DNA from: an uncultured Planctomycetaceae bacterium
Lineage (GTDB): Bacteria > Planctomycetota > Phycisphaerae > SM23-33
Direction: 5' to 3'
Length of the DNA stretch: 64,000 nucleotides
Assembly: GCA_964642855.1 (NCBI GenBank)
Contig: CAZXSK010000009.1
Span: 12,106-76,105 of the forward strand
Below, piece by piece: positions 37,988 through 48,190 of the stretch (its first letter is position 1; every line of letters begins with the position of its first letter). Made by a program: the position numbers and the translations under genes. The notes under the pieces were generated by a model. The model was not told where the DNA came from. It searched no databases and saw nothing but the letters and a program-made list of their open reading frames with translations.

Positions 37988-40393
37988 CTACTGCTGCTCT
38001 TGCTCGAGGCCTTCGTCGTCGGTCGGGTCGTAGGTGTCGACCTGCAGATCGGCGAAGCGCGTCTTGCCCATCCTGAGGATGGTCAGGCGGACCTTTTCTT
38101 TGCCGTCCTGCTTGGCCTGGGCGATCCGGTCGCGAAGCTGGCGGACGCCCGTCACGGGCTTGTCGTCGATCCGCGTGATGATCTCGTTCGGCCAGATCTT
38201 GGCGACCAGTGTCGGCGAGCCCGGCTCGACCTTTACGATGATCACGCCGGGGTCGTCCTTCTCGAGCTTGAGTCCGGATCGGACCTCGTAGGTGAGGTTC
38301 TTGACGGTCAGCCCGAGCTTGCGGTTCTGCCAGCGGGTGGCGGACTCAAGATCCGGCGGGGCCATCTCGATCTTGTAATCGATCGTGTCGGTCTTCCCGC
38401 CGCCTTTCTCGTCGCGCCGGTAGTAGGTGATCGTCACCTTCTTGCCGATGCCCACCGCGTCCATCGCGCGGGTAAGGAAGCTCTGGCGGCTTTTCCAGAC
38501 CTGCGGGGCCGGGCCTTCGTCGCCGCCGCCTCCGTAGTATCGGTACCGCCATCCGTAGTCGCGGTCCTGCACGTAGTCGCTGCTGAACTCGAACGGATAG
38601 GGCATGGTCTCGGCCTTGGCCTTGAGGAGGATGTCCCCCACCTCGATGCCCGCCTTGGCGGCCGGGCTGTCAGGATAAACGACATTGACCATGAACCCGA
38701 TCTGGCCGTCCTTGGTGGGCTTCTCGACCTTGAGCTTCTCGGCGAGGTCCTTGTTCATGCCCACGTACTCGACCCCGAACCACGCGCGCCTGCGGGCGAG
38801 TTCTCGCGGCTTGACCTTGATCTTCGGATCCATGTGCTTGTCCGGCTCGGACAGCGCCTTGCGAAGCGAGTCGACCAGGAAGATCCGCTGCTCGGTGATC
38901 TGGTTGCCGTAGTAATACCTGCGGGAGGCTTCCAGGCGTCTGGCTTCCTCGTCCTCGATGCGTTCCTGCACGAACAGGCCGGCGAGCCTGCCGTCGAAAG
39001 TCAGCAGCAGTTCGCCTCCGCGGAGGCCCCGCATGGGGTACCAGTGGTACTTGCCCTCGTAGCCGCGCTGTTTGCCGATCAGCCGGTTGGTCTTGAGGTC
39101 GAGGTACTTGGCCCCGAACTTCTTGCGCATCGTGCCGACCCAGAACGGTTTCATCCGTGGCAGGTCGGATTTCGCCATCGCTACCGCGCCGGGGACCTTG
39201 CTGCCCTCGGGCATGCGGACCACGAACGCCGCGAAGCTCTTGTAGGCGCCCACGAAGTCCAGGGGCGTTCGGCGGGAGTTGGAGTGCTTCAGGAAAAGGC
39301 TGCTGATCTGGTCGGCGGTTTCCCGCTCGAGGTTCATCGGCACGAGGATGTCCCGATCGCTGATGGCGATTCCGTACAGTTCAACTTCCCGCCCCGAAGC
39401 GCCGCCGTAGCCGTAGTCGCTGTCTCCGCTGGAACGGAGTTTCAGGATGATCTCCTGGATCGCGGGAGTCAGCTCCTTGCGGATCGACTCCTTGGTCTTT
39501 TCGAGCTTGTCCGTGGAAACCCCGTCGGCCTTGACGAGGTCGGGCCCGAGCCAGAGGGCTTCTTCCTGTTTGACGTCGAAATACGATCCGGCGGAAAGCC
39601 CCACCGGCTTGCCGTCCTTACGGGCGACGATCCCGGGCTGGCCTCCTGCGCCGGAGTAGCGGTAGCTCGACCGATACCCGTAGAAGACGTTGTGCACCTT
39701 CCCCCGTGCGTAGCGCACGGTGGGGGGCAGGGGGCTGAAGCGCAGCCGCCACTCGTCGTCGACCTGGCTCATGCCCGCTTCCTGCAGCGAGGTCATCACG
39801 CCGTCGGAGAGAGGGGCGAACTCCAGGGGCCTGGTGGCTTTGGTGCCGGCCTTGTCGAGCTTGAGGATCATCGCCGGGGCGTCGATCAGGAGTTTCTCGC
39901 GCGTGGCGGAAAAGGTCTTGCCGCCAATGGTCTCGACCTCGACCTTCTTGATGAACCGCTGCTCGATGCCGTCGTCCCCGATAAGCACCTTGCCCTCGTC
40001 TAGCACCACGCCGACGGTCTCGGCCGGGCGTTTCTTGTCGATGTACTCGCTGTAGAGTTCGTTGATCTGCCAGTCCTGCTGCTGGACGTCGACGCTCTCG
40101 CGGGTGTCCTTCTGGTACCAGGTGCGGACGATCACGAACCCGTCCCGGGCTGCGCTGAGAAGCTCCTGCGGGATCAGCTCATCGTTGGCGTCCTTCTTGG
40201 TCTTCTCGTCGCCGGTATCGTTGGCGGAATCTTCTTCCGAAGTGTCGGCGATTTCGACGGTGACTTCTGCGTCGGGCTGGTCGTCCGGCGCGGAGACGAC
40301 TTCTCCGTCTTGTCCGAATGTCGAACCCGCCACTGCCAGGAGCAGGCAGAGCATCCAGGCGATGGAACCGGTTGCGTTTCGCTTGTTTGTCAT
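37988..40393 (-). CDS. secreted PDZ-domain protein (HtrA-partner, probably non-catalytic)
   Basis: Signal peptide (IAWMLCLLLAVAGSTFG). Two C-terminal PDZ-like segments (..GFMVNVVYPDSPAAKAGIEVGDILL.. and ..GVIIVKVEPGSPTLVAKIWPNEIITRIDDKPV..). No GNSGGP serine-protease motif. 4-nt gap to upstream htrA. Confidence 0.6.
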   Translation of the reverse strand: MTNKRNATGSIAWMLCLLLAVAGSTFGQDGEVVSAPDDQPDAEVTVEIADTSEEDSANDTGDEKTKKDANDELIPQELLSAARDGFVIVRTWYQKDTRESVDVQQQDWQINELYSEYIDKKRPAETVGVVLDEGKVLIGDDGIEQRFIKKVEVETIGGKTFSATREKLLIDAPAMILKLDKAGTKATRPLEFAPLSDGVMTSLQEAGMSQVDDEWRLRFSPLPPTVRYARGKVHNVFYGYRSSYRYSGAGGQPGIVARKDGKPVGLSAGSYFDVKQEEALWLGPDLVKADGVSTDKLEKTKESIRKELTPAIQEIILKLRSSGDSDYGYGGASGREVELYGIAISDRDILVPMNLERETADQISSLFLKHSNSRRTPLDFVGAYKSFAAFVVRMPEGSKVPGAVAMAKSDLPRMKPFWVGTMRKKFGAKYLDLKTNRLIGKQRGYEGKYHWYPMRGLRGGELLLTFDGRLAGLFVQERIEDEEARRLEASRRYYYGNQITEQRIFLVDSLRKALSEPDKHMDPKIKVKPRELARRRAWFGVEYVGMNKDLAEKLKVEKPTKDGQIGFMVNVVYPDSPAAKAGIEVGDILLKAKAETMPYPFEFSSDYVQDRDYGWRYRYYGGGGDEGPAPQVWKSRQSFLTRAMDAVGIGKKVTITYYRRDEKGGGKTDTIDYKIEMAPPDLESATRWQNRKLGLTVKNLTYEVRSGLKLEKDDPGVIIVKVEPGSPTLVAKIWPNEIITRIDDKPVTGVRQLRDRIAQAKQDGKEKVRLTILRMGKTRFADLQVDTYDPTDDEGLEQEQQ

Positions 40394-40397
40394 GGCC

Positions 40398-41960
40398 TTA
40401 CTCCTCTTTCAGGTAGTCTTTGGACCAGTCGAGAACGATCCAGTTCTTCCGGCTGTGGCGCTTGATCGTGATGAGCACCTTCTTCTCGACGAGTTTCTTG
40501 TCGTTGACCAGTGCTTCGTAGGCCTTGCGGACGTCGTCGAGCGTTTTGACGGGCGTATCGCCGATCTTGAGGATCACGTCGTCTTCGTTGAGGCCTGCGT
40601 CGGATGCGTTGCCGGGGTACCGCACGCCCTGGATGTACACGCCGCCTTCGGGCTGGAAGTAGTGCAGCGTGGGATTCTTGTACTGCGAGATCTCCTTGAC
40701 GGTCATGTTCCACCGCTTGCAGTCGAAGTCTTCGCCCTCGAACTTGCCACGGATGATCGGCGTGAGGGTGAACGTCTCGACCTTCCTGCCGCCGAGGTCC
40801 CAGCCCTTGACGCGATCGGAGATCGCCATCGCTTCCTCCACGGTCAGTGCGGGTGAGCCATTGGGATCGGTGCCGGCTTCGTCCGAAGCTCCGGACTCCC
40901 TGACCATGACATTGGCATCGGCCGAGGCGGAGCTCTTGCGGGCGACCACCACGCCAACGGGATCGTCGACCGAGAGGTCGGCCAGCATTCTTTCAATGGC
41001 CGGGAGATTCTCGACGTATTGTCCCTCCACGGTCCGGTCGCCGACCAGCAGCAGGATGTCGCCGTCGAGCAGGCCGGCCTTCATCGCCGGCGAATCACTG
41101 TCGACGCTGCGGACCAGCACGCCGTGGTCGGAGTTGGTGAACGTGTTGGAGTTGAAGTCGTTCAGTGCCTGCAGCTGCAGGCCGGTGTAGGCCCGCTGGA
41201 CCTTGACCGGCCATTCGTTGGGGTCGGTGTTCTCGGCGCGGGCCCGCAGGCGGGAGATCACGTCCTTGACGACGTTGGAGGGGATCGAGAACCCGATGCC
41301 GTCGGCGTAGCCACCCATGCCCAGGGTGTTGATGCCGATGATCCGGCCGTTGATGTCCACCAGCGGCCCGCCGGAGTTGCCCGGGTTGATTGGCGCGTCG
41401 GTCTGGAACCAGAGGTTGAACCTGTGCTGCGACGAGAAGCCCAGGTACCGCCGGGTATTGGAGACGATGCCCTGGGAGATGCTCCGCTGGAACCCAAAGG
41501 GCGAGCCCAGCGCCATGGCGACCTGGCCTTCCTCGACCCGGTCGCTGTCGCCGAACCTGGCAACGGCCAGGGGGGCGTGGCCTTCGGGCAGCTCGAGCTT
41601 CAGCAGCGCCAGGTCGGTTTCGGGGTCGAGCCCGACGACCACAGCCGGGACCTGCTCCTTGTCGCCCAGCACGCAGTTGACCTCGATGGCCTTTTCGGCG
41701 ACGTGGTTGTTGGTCACGACGTACCCGTTGGCGTCGATGATGACACCCGAGCCGTAGACCTCCATGCGTTCGATCTCGCCGCCTTCAAAGCTTTCCTGGA
41801 TCGGCTTGACGAACACAAGCGCCGGATACACGCGGTCCTTCGCGACGGCCTTGGCTTCCTCCAGGTTCACCTGCTTCCTGCCGGTCGGGTCGCAGCCTGT
41901 CGAAAGGGAGAGTATCCCCCCGGCCAGGACCCCAAACAGGACCATTCCGCGCTTGCTCAT
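40398..41960 (-). CDS. htrA: HtrA/DegP-family serine protease with two PDZ domains
   Basis: His (..VVTNNHV..), Asp (..DLALLK..) and Ser (..GNSGGPLV..) of the trypsin-like triad. Lipobox (LSLSTGC) after the signal peptide. Confidence 0.85.
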   Translation of the reverse strand: MSKRGMVLFGVLAGGILSLSTGCDPTGRKQVNLEEAKAVAKDRVYPALVFVKPIQESFEGGEIERMEVYGSGVIIDANGYVVTNNHVAEKAIEVNCVLGDKEQVPAVVVGLDPETDLALLKLELPEGHAPLAVARFGDSDRVEEGQVAMALGSPFGFQRSISQGIVSNTRRYLGFSSQHRFNLWFQTDAPINPGNSGGPLVDINGRIIGINTLGMGGYADGIGFSIPSNVVKDVISRLRARAENTDPNEWPVKVQRAYTGLQLQALNDFNSNTFTNSDHGVLVRSVDSDSPAMKAGLLDGDILLLVGDRTVEGQYVENLPAIERMLADLSVDDPVGVVVARKSSASADANVMVRESGASDEAGTDPNGSPALTVEEAMAISDRVKGWDLGGRKVETFTLTPIIRGKFEGEDFDCKRWNMTVKEISQYKNPTLHYFQPEGGVYIQGVRYPGNASDAGLNEDDVILKIGDTPVKTLDDVRKAYEALVNDKKLVEKKVLITIKRHSRKNWIVLDWSKDYLKEE

Positions 41961-42200
41961 ACGCCGCTCCTTCATGTCAGCAAGGTTCGAGAACTTGAGT
42001 CGGCCCGAACGCTCCCGGACGGGCCGTTTCGATGCGAAGGCATCCCCGCTGCGTGCCATACCGGATTATGCACGCCTCCGGGGGGCAGGCAAGGAGAACC
42101 TTCAGCAGTAAGACGCGTGAACCCCCTGACTTGTTCTGCTCGCATGAGAACGGGCCGACGGGAAAGCCCCGCCGGCCCGGGTGTGTCTGGGCGTGGAGTA

Positions 42201-44837
42201 CTACTTGCCCATCTTCTCGAACTCGATGTTCCCGTCCTTGTCGAGGGAAATCACCTGATCGCCGACCACTACCTTCCCGCCCTTGACTTCCGCCTTGGGG
42301 GCGTCGTCTGCCGTCGGGAAGTAAAGCGTCAGCGTCTTGCCGTCGAGCTTCACGCGCTGGCCATCGGCCTTGCCGGTGGTCACCAGCAGCACGTCGGCGC
42401 CACTTCTGCCGGTGAAGTCCACGCCGAAGGCGGTTCCGTTGGCAACCGTCAGCGAACTGGTATCGCCCTGGGGGGTGTGCGACCAGTGGCGAACGCGTCC
42501 GCTCTTGACCGAGCCCCAACTGATGTGCTTGCCCATCGTGTTGATGCGCAGCGCCTTGTCGGGTTTGGCAGCCATGTAGCCGCTGGTTCGTTCGGTCAGG
42601 AGGGTGATGACCGTGTCCTTGCCGTCCTTCCAGCGATTTCGCCAGGCGTAGAAGCCCCAGTGGCTGTCCCGGAAGCAGTGGGGCAGGACCTCGGCGGGGT
42701 TCCTGGCCTTGACGTCGGTCGGCCAGTTGACGAAAGCCGATACCGCGAACTGCGGGTACTTGCTGGCGGTGTCGTAGGGATGGCCTGCCTGGGCATCGGA
42801 TTCGGCGAGGAACTGCTGGTAGTACCACTTGAGGGCGGACTTCTCGTCGGGCTGGACGCCCGCGAAGCCCACGGCGAAGTAGCCTGCACCGCTCTGTCCG
42901 CTGCGCGCCCAGACATTGTGTCCGTAGCTGCCGCGGATCGGCCAGAAGTCAGGCCGGCCGTTGCGGATGACCGTCTGGTAGATCCACTTGAGGGTCATCA
43001 TGCGGGCGTTGGAGCGTTCGACGTTGACAAAGTCGATGCCGGCGACGTTCTTCCAGGCCTGCATGGCACTGATGAATGCGATCTGCGAGGACATCGAGCC
43101 CGTGCCGTCGCCCTCGGCGAAGAATCCGCCGTCGCCGAAGCCCTGGCTGAGGTTGCGGATCATGCTGGATCGGGCGACCTTGAGCAGCGTGTCGATTTTG
43201 TCCTGGTCGACCCATTTCTCGCCGGTGACAGCAAGCAGCGCCAGCGACGCGCCGCCGACCTGCATGCCGAAGTGGTTGCTGGAGGGAGGCATCGTTCCCC
43301 GGGCGAGACTTTCCAGATCGATCGCCTTGCCGGAGTCTTCCTCGTCTTCTTCCTTGTCCTTCTTGCCGCCTTCGGAGTATTCCGCCAGGGCGAGCGTGAA
43401 CTTCTTGCGGGTTTTCTCGTCGAGGGCGTCGTAGAGCAGATCGTAGGCGACGGCATACCAGCCGATCGACGGACCGGCGCGAAGCGCGCCGCCGGGCTTG
43501 CGGAAGCTGTAGCGGTCGTCGCGATCGCGCTGCCCCTCGAGGGCTTTCTCGAAGCAGATCTTGCCGAACTCGGCGTACTTGTCCTTCTGGGTGAGCTGAT
43601 AGAGCAGCCCGTAGCCGGCGGCATGTCCGATGGTATACGCACCGGGCTTGTCGAGTACGGAATTGCTGTACCCGCCGCCCATGTAGGCGTGGGTGGCGTC
43701 GGAGAAGACCTTCGTCATCGTCTCGCCTTCCTTGCCGTCCAGCAGGTAGCCCAGACGCTTGAGGATCGCCTTGCCCTCGGAGGTTTCCATCTTCTTGCGA
43801 AGTGCGCCCAGATCGCTCCGGCGGAACAGCAGCCGCGGGTGCTCGCCGGCCTTGGGAGCATCGTGGCCTTTGAGTTCGCGATACCAAGGCCTGTTGTCCG
43901 GCGCGGCGAGGGTGTCCAGCCCTTCCCGCCACGTGCCGTCAAAGCTGCCCTCCACGACCTGGTCTTCCTTGCCTTCGATGGAAACGGTGGCCTTGTAGGT
44001 GCCCACGATCAGGTTGCTGAGATACCTGCCCTCGAATTCGTAGGTGTACACGCAGGGCACCATGTCGAGGGTCATCGTGGGGATGACCACCTTGCCCTCG
44101 AACCGGTTGCGGGTCATCGAGATTTCACTGCTGGCCGCTTTGACGGGCGTCCGCTGATAGGCGCGGAACTTCTGACTGAGCAGCCCGTGGCTGAGGGAAT
44201 GGATCTTCTCGCCGTCGTCGGCGCTGACCCAGACCACCATGCAGCGGTTGCCGTACGAGGGTTTTCCCCCCACCAGCGCGCCCTGCATGTTCATCGTCAG
44301 CGTCACGTCTTCGGGCAGCGTGAAGGGCTCCTGCGGATTGCTCCAGCCGGTGACTTTGCCCTTCCTGCTGAAATCCTGCACGCTGGCGTCGTCGCTGGTG
44401 ATCTCGACGACCTCGTAGGTGCCCGAGATCTTATGGTCGTCGCTGACCTTGGCGTCGATGTCCACGGTGATGTAGAACGGCTTGTGATCGATCGGAATCC
44501 ACAGGTCGGGGGTGAAGTGGACCTTGAACTTGCCCTTCACCCGGCCGTCCTTGATCGGCACGTCGGAGAGGTCCGCGTAGTACCAGCTGCGGTTGTAGGT
44601 CTTCTTCGCGCCGCGTTTGTCGGGGTCCCGGCTGGAGCCTACACAGCCGAGCCACTGGCCGTTTTCCTCGCGCGTGTAAATCGAAAGCGGCTTCTTGCCG
44701 CCCTTGAAAAGCCCCAGCAACCGGATCTCCCAGCCTCGGGCGGTCTTCTTCTCATCATCGGCTGAATCGTCAGCCAGGCAGACGGAGGTGCCCAGCAGGA
44801 TCAGAAGCGCCGGCGTCAGCATTCCCAAACGTTTCAT
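42201..44837 (-). CDS. secreted polysaccharide-lyase-like protein (alpha/alpha toroid + beta-sandwich; heparinase II/III-like)
   Basis: 878 aa with signal peptide. Lys/Asp-rich composition typical of secreted CAZymes. Tentative resemblance to heparinase II/III-type lyases, but no decisive motif located by eye. Divergently placed next to sulfatase + GH28. Confidence 0.35.
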   Translation of the reverse strand: MKRLGMLTPALLILLGTSVCLADDSADDEKKTARGWEIRLLGLFKGGKKPLSIYTREENGQWLGCVGSSRDPDKRGAKKTYNRSWYYADLSDVPIKDGRVKGKFKVHFTPDLWIPIDHKPFYITVDIDAKVSDDHKISGTYEVVEITSDDASVQDFSRKGKVTGWSNPQEPFTLPEDVTLTMNMQGALVGGKPSYGNRCMVVWVSADDGEKIHSLSHGLLSQKFRAYQRTPVKAASSEISMTRNRFEGKVVIPTMTLDMVPCVYTYEFEGRYLSNLIVGTYKATVSIEGKEDQVVEGSFDGTWREGLDTLAAPDNRPWYRELKGHDAPKAGEHPRLLFRRSDLGALRKKMETSEGKAILKRLGYLLDGKEGETMTKVFSDATHAYMGGGYSNSVLDKPGAYTIGHAAGYGLLYQLTQKDKYAEFGKICFEKALEGQRDRDDRYSFRKPGGALRAGPSIGWYAVAYDLLYDALDEKTRKKFTLALAEYSEGGKKDKEEDEEDSGKAIDLESLARGTMPPSSNHFGMQVGGASLALLAVTGEKWVDQDKIDTLLKVARSSMIRNLSQGFGDGGFFAEGDGTGSMSSQIAFISAMQAWKNVAGIDFVNVERSNARMMTLKWIYQTVIRNGRPDFWPIRGSYGHNVWARSGQSGAGYFAVGFAGVQPDEKSALKWYYQQFLAESDAQAGHPYDTASKYPQFAVSAFVNWPTDVKARNPAEVLPHCFRDSHWGFYAWRNRWKDGKDTVITLLTERTSGYMAAKPDKALRINTMGKHISWGSVKSGRVRHWSHTPQGDTSSLTVANGTAFGVDFTGRSGADVLLVTTGKADGQRVKLDGKTLTLYFPTADDAPKAEVKGGKVVVGDQVISLDKDGNIEFEKMGK

Positions 44838-45123
44838 CGTTCACTCCTCGAGTGCTTTGTTGTCAGCGTGTGCATCTTGCGTGGATCGCACCCCATGAAT
44901 ACCACAAAACGGGCGCTGGTTCCGAACCTGTTACGCAAATCGCGCCGCGTCGTGCGCGGAATTATCATGAGTCTTCCCGCGGGCGGATCTCTTTTGCAGG
45001 TGTGGGTTGCCCGTTGGACCCGCAGGCGATATGGTGACTGATTCCCCGAGCGCCAGCCTCTCGTGCTGCGGGGCGAACACGCCGCGGGCCAGCCTCTTTG
45101 CAAGCTCAGAAAGGATAGCCGTC

Positions 45124-46638
45124 ATGCCCGACCGTCGACCGCCGAACCTGCTGTTCATCTACACCGACGAGCAGCGGTTCGACACGCTCGCCTGCTATGG
45201 GAACCAGAAGATCCCCATGCCCAATCTGAACCGATTCTCCGAGTCGGCGACCGTGTTCGAGAAGGCCTATGTCACCCAGCCGGTGTGCACGCCCTCGCGG
45301 GGTACCATCCACACCGGCCTGTACCCGCACTCCCACACATGCGTGCAGAACAACATACCGCTGCCCGACAGCGTGCCCTGCCTGCCCGAGATGCTTGGCG
45401 GCGAATACATCTGCGCGCATCACGGCAAGTGGCATCTCGGCAACGAGATCTACGCCCAGCACGGCTTTCCCGAGTGGATGGGGACCGAGGACACCTACCA
45501 CCGGTTCTACTCCAACGATCACGACGAATATGCCGATCGCTCGTCGTACCATCACTGGCTGACCAGCAGGGGGGTCAAGCCCTGGGAGGTCGATCGCGTC
45601 GGCGCCGACGCGGAAGTCGTGCGGAACCGGTTCTTCCGCAACCAGATCCACCAGTTTCCCGAGGAGCACTGCCGACCGACCTACCTGGCCGAGACGGCCA
45701 GCCATTTCCTGCGCGGGCACATGGACTCGCCCTTCGTGCTCTACGTCAACTTCCTCGAGCCGCACATGCCGTTTCACAGCTGTCGCGACGATCAGCTCGC
45801 TCCCGGAGACGTGGACCTGCCCGTCAACGCGATGGAATCACCAGCCGAGGATACGCCCCTGCGGCTGCAGGTAGCTGCGGAGAAATATCGCCGCAACGGG
45901 TATGGCGACCAGGAACAGCTGGCGAACGAGGCGCAGTGGCGCGATCTCGTCGCCCGCTACTGGGGCATGTGTTCGCTGGTAGACACCGCCGTTGGGAAGA
46001 TTCTCGACACACTGCAACAGACCGGCCTGGACGAGAACACCATCGTCGTGTTCACCAGCGACCACGGCGACATGATGTCCAGCCACAATCTGCTCGGGAA
46101 GGGCGTGATGTACGAGGAGTCGGTGCGCGTGCCGCTGCTGGTACGAACGCCCGGCCAGACCAGCAGCAGCCGGGTCTCCACGCCCGTAAGCAACGTGGAT
46201 CTCGTGCCCACGCTGCTGGACCTGATGAACCAGCCCCAGCCCGACCACCTGCAGGGCCGGTCGCTGCGACCGGCGCTGGAAGGCGACGAATCCGCCTGCC
46301 GGCGCGACGTGTTCGTCGAGTGGAACAAGGACACCGATCCCGACGAAGTCCGCGTTCCCGACTTCGCCGAGCAGTTCGGCCCGAAGGACCGCTGCGCCGC
46401 CTCCATGGTCGCCGATGTGCGGTCGATAATCTCCCCGGACGGCTGGAAGCTGAACGTCTCCACCGCCGGCGAGCATGAACTGTACGACCTGAACTCCGAT
46501 CCGCACGAGCGGACGAACCGGATTGCGGACCCGGGTCAGGCGGATCGCGTGGGCGAGATGTTCGCGCGGATCCGCAACTGGCAGGAGCAGACCGACGACA
46601 AGCTGGACCTGCCCGACCCCTCACAACAGGTGAAATAG
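45124..46638 (+). CDS. formylglycine-dependent sulfatase (arylsulfatase family)
   Basis: ..LLFIYTDEQR.. and the C-T-P-S-R formylglycine motif (PVCTPSRGTIHTGLYPH). ..FTSDHGDMM... No signal peptide at the chosen start (ATG at 45124); an upstream start is possible. Confidence 0.85.
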   Translation: MPDRRPPNLLFIYTDEQRFDTLACYGNQKIPMPNLNRFSESATVFEKAYVTQPVCTPSRGTIHTGLYPHSHTCVQNNIPLPDSVPCLPEMLGGEYICAHHGKWHLGNEIYAQHGFPEWMGTEDTYHRFYSNDHDEYADRSSYHHWLTSRGVKPWEVDRVGADAEVVRNRFFRNQIHQFPEEHCRPTYLAETASHFLRGHMDSPFVLYVNFLEPHMPFHSCRDDQLAPGDVDLPVNAMESPAEDTPLRLQVAAEKYRRNGYGDQEQLANEAQWRDLVARYWGMCSLVDTAVGKILDTLQQTGLDENTIVVFTSDHGDMMSSHNLLGKGVMYEESVRVPLLVRTPGQTSSSRVSTPVSNVDLVPTLLDLMNQPQPDHLQGRSLRPALEGDESACRRDVFVEWNKDTDPDEVRVPDFAEQFGPKDRCAASMVADVRSIISPDGWKLNVSTAGEHELYDLNSDPHERTNRIADPGQADRVGEMFARIRNWQEQTDDKLDLPDPSQQVK

Positions 46639-46641
46639 CCG

Positions 46642-48129
46642 ATGAATGTGTTCAACGTACTGGAGTACGGTGCCGTCGGCGACGGCGAAACCCTCAATAC
46701 CCGTCCGATCCAGAAGGCGATTGACGCAGCCGCGGTTGAGGGCGGCACGGTGGTGGTTCCTCCGGGAACCTTCCTGACGGGTACGATCGAACTCCGCAGC
46801 CACGTGACGCTGGAACTCTCCCAGGGCGCGACCGTATTGGGGTCTCCGAACCTGGACGACTACACCGCCCACAGTTGGGGCCACCACGACGACCGCACGC
46901 CGTATCACCTGGTCTTCGCCGAGGACGCCCACCACGTGACGATTACCGGCGAGGGGGAGATCAACGGCAACGGCGGGCATTTTCAGGAGCCCGACCGCGA
47001 GCACGACTGGGCGTTCTATCGCGAGATCCCCATGAGGCCCACGCCGATGGTGGAGATCTCACGGTGCACGGACGTGCGGGTGGAGAAGGTTCGTCTGCGG
47101 GATCCGGGCGGCTGGACGTTGCACCTGCACGACTGCGACCGGGCATTCATCCACGCCGTCACAATCGACAACTCGATGTTCTGGCCCAACAGCGACGGCA
47201 TCGACCTGACGGGCTGTCACGACACGATGGTCAGCGATTGCCTCATTCGCACCGGGGATGATGCGATCGCGCTGAAGACCACCATTGACAGCCGAAGCTG
47301 CGAGCACATCACCGTGACCAACTGCGTGCTGGAGACGTCGTGCGCTGCCCTGCGGCTGGGATTTGAATCTGACCAGGACTTCCGCAACTGCAGCTTCAGC
47401 AACATCACGATCAAGAACTGCTCGCGGGCGATCGACCTGGTGACGTTCGCCGGGGGAGATATCGAGTACTGCAGCTTCACGAACATCGTCGGGCGGTGCA
47501 TGAGCGGCTGGCCGCTGGACCGACCCATCGAGATCTATTCGTCGATCACCACCACGCCCTACAAGTGCCGCATTCCGGAGCATCCAAACTGTGGCAGGGA
47601 GTACCCGGACAGATCGGCCGGGAAGATCCGCGGGATCACCGTCACGAACCTGGATCTCGAAACGTGCGGGCGGATCATGATGGCCGCTGGAAGTGGGGGC
47701 CAGGTCAGCGATATTTCTCTCGACCACATCCGGCTTCGCTATCCGATGATCGAGGATCCTCATCCGCTTGGGCTCCGGGCGGGGTCGAAGACCTTCTACA
47801 GGGAGTTCGACGACCTGCGAAACGCTCGCTATGCCATGGTGGCTGAGAACATCAGCGACCTGCGCGTGGCCGACTACCGCGTGCACTGGCCTGCGTATCC
47901 CGTGGACCCGGGGCGCGTGGAGTTGCTTCGGTCGGACAACCGCAATGCCAACCCGGAGTACTTCGGCGACCTGGACAAGGTGATCTCGGGCGAGTCCGCC
48001 CCTGCGTTCGGCGCTCTCTGGGCCCGCAATGTCACGGGCAGGGCGGACATCCGCGGCCTGACGGGATCGGTCGAAGACGCCGAGCCGGTCGACGTCGAGG
48101 GCGGCGATCTGCAGATCGTCGAGGCATGA
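46642..48129 (+). CDS. glycoside hydrolase family 28 (polygalacturonase-like beta-helix)
   Basis: NSDGIDL, ..RTGDDAIALK.., a G-H-G-like region and repeated beta-helix rungs. 4-nt gap after the sulfatase. Confidence 0.75.
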   Translation: MNVFNVLEYGAVGDGETLNTRPIQKAIDAAAVEGGTVVVPPGTFLTGTIELRSHVTLELSQGATVLGSPNLDDYTAHSWGHHDDRTPYHLVFAEDAHHVTITGEGEINGNGGHFQEPDREHDWAFYREIPMRPTPMVEISRCTDVRVEKVRLRDPGGWTLHLHDCDRAFIHAVTIDNSMFWPNSDGIDLTGCHDTMVSDCLIRTGDDAIALKTTIDSRSCEHITVTNCVLETSCAALRLGFESDQDFRNCSFSNITIKNCSRAIDLVTFAGGDIEYCSFTNIVGRCMSGWPLDRPIEIYSSITTTPYKCRIPEHPNCGREYPDRSAGKIRGITVTNLDLETCGRIMMAAGSGGQVSDISLDHIRLRYPMIEDPHPLGLRAGSKTFYREFDDLRNARYAMVAENISDLRVADYRVHWPAYPVDPGRVELLRSDNRNANPEYFGDLDKVISGESAPAFGALWARNVTGRADIRGLTGSVEDAEPVDVEGGDLQIVEA

Positions 48130-48190
48130 GAAAGCCCCTCGGAGCGGGCTTTTGTCATCTGTGGAACGCGATCACCAACGCCCACGAACG

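Noticed and set aside
37973-40003. 676-aa plus-strand ORF
   Set aside because: Antisense to the PDZ-partner gene. Repetitive Gly/Ala/Val/Leu composition, with no signal peptide or domain.
41019-44765. 1248-aa plus-strand ORF, the longest in the track
   Set aside because: It lies antisense to the htrA gene (clear GNSGGPL catalytic motif on the minus strand) and to the 878-aa secreted lyase-like gene. Its translation is the Gly/Val/Ala/Arg/Asp-rich low-information sequence typical of antisense frames in high-GC DNA.
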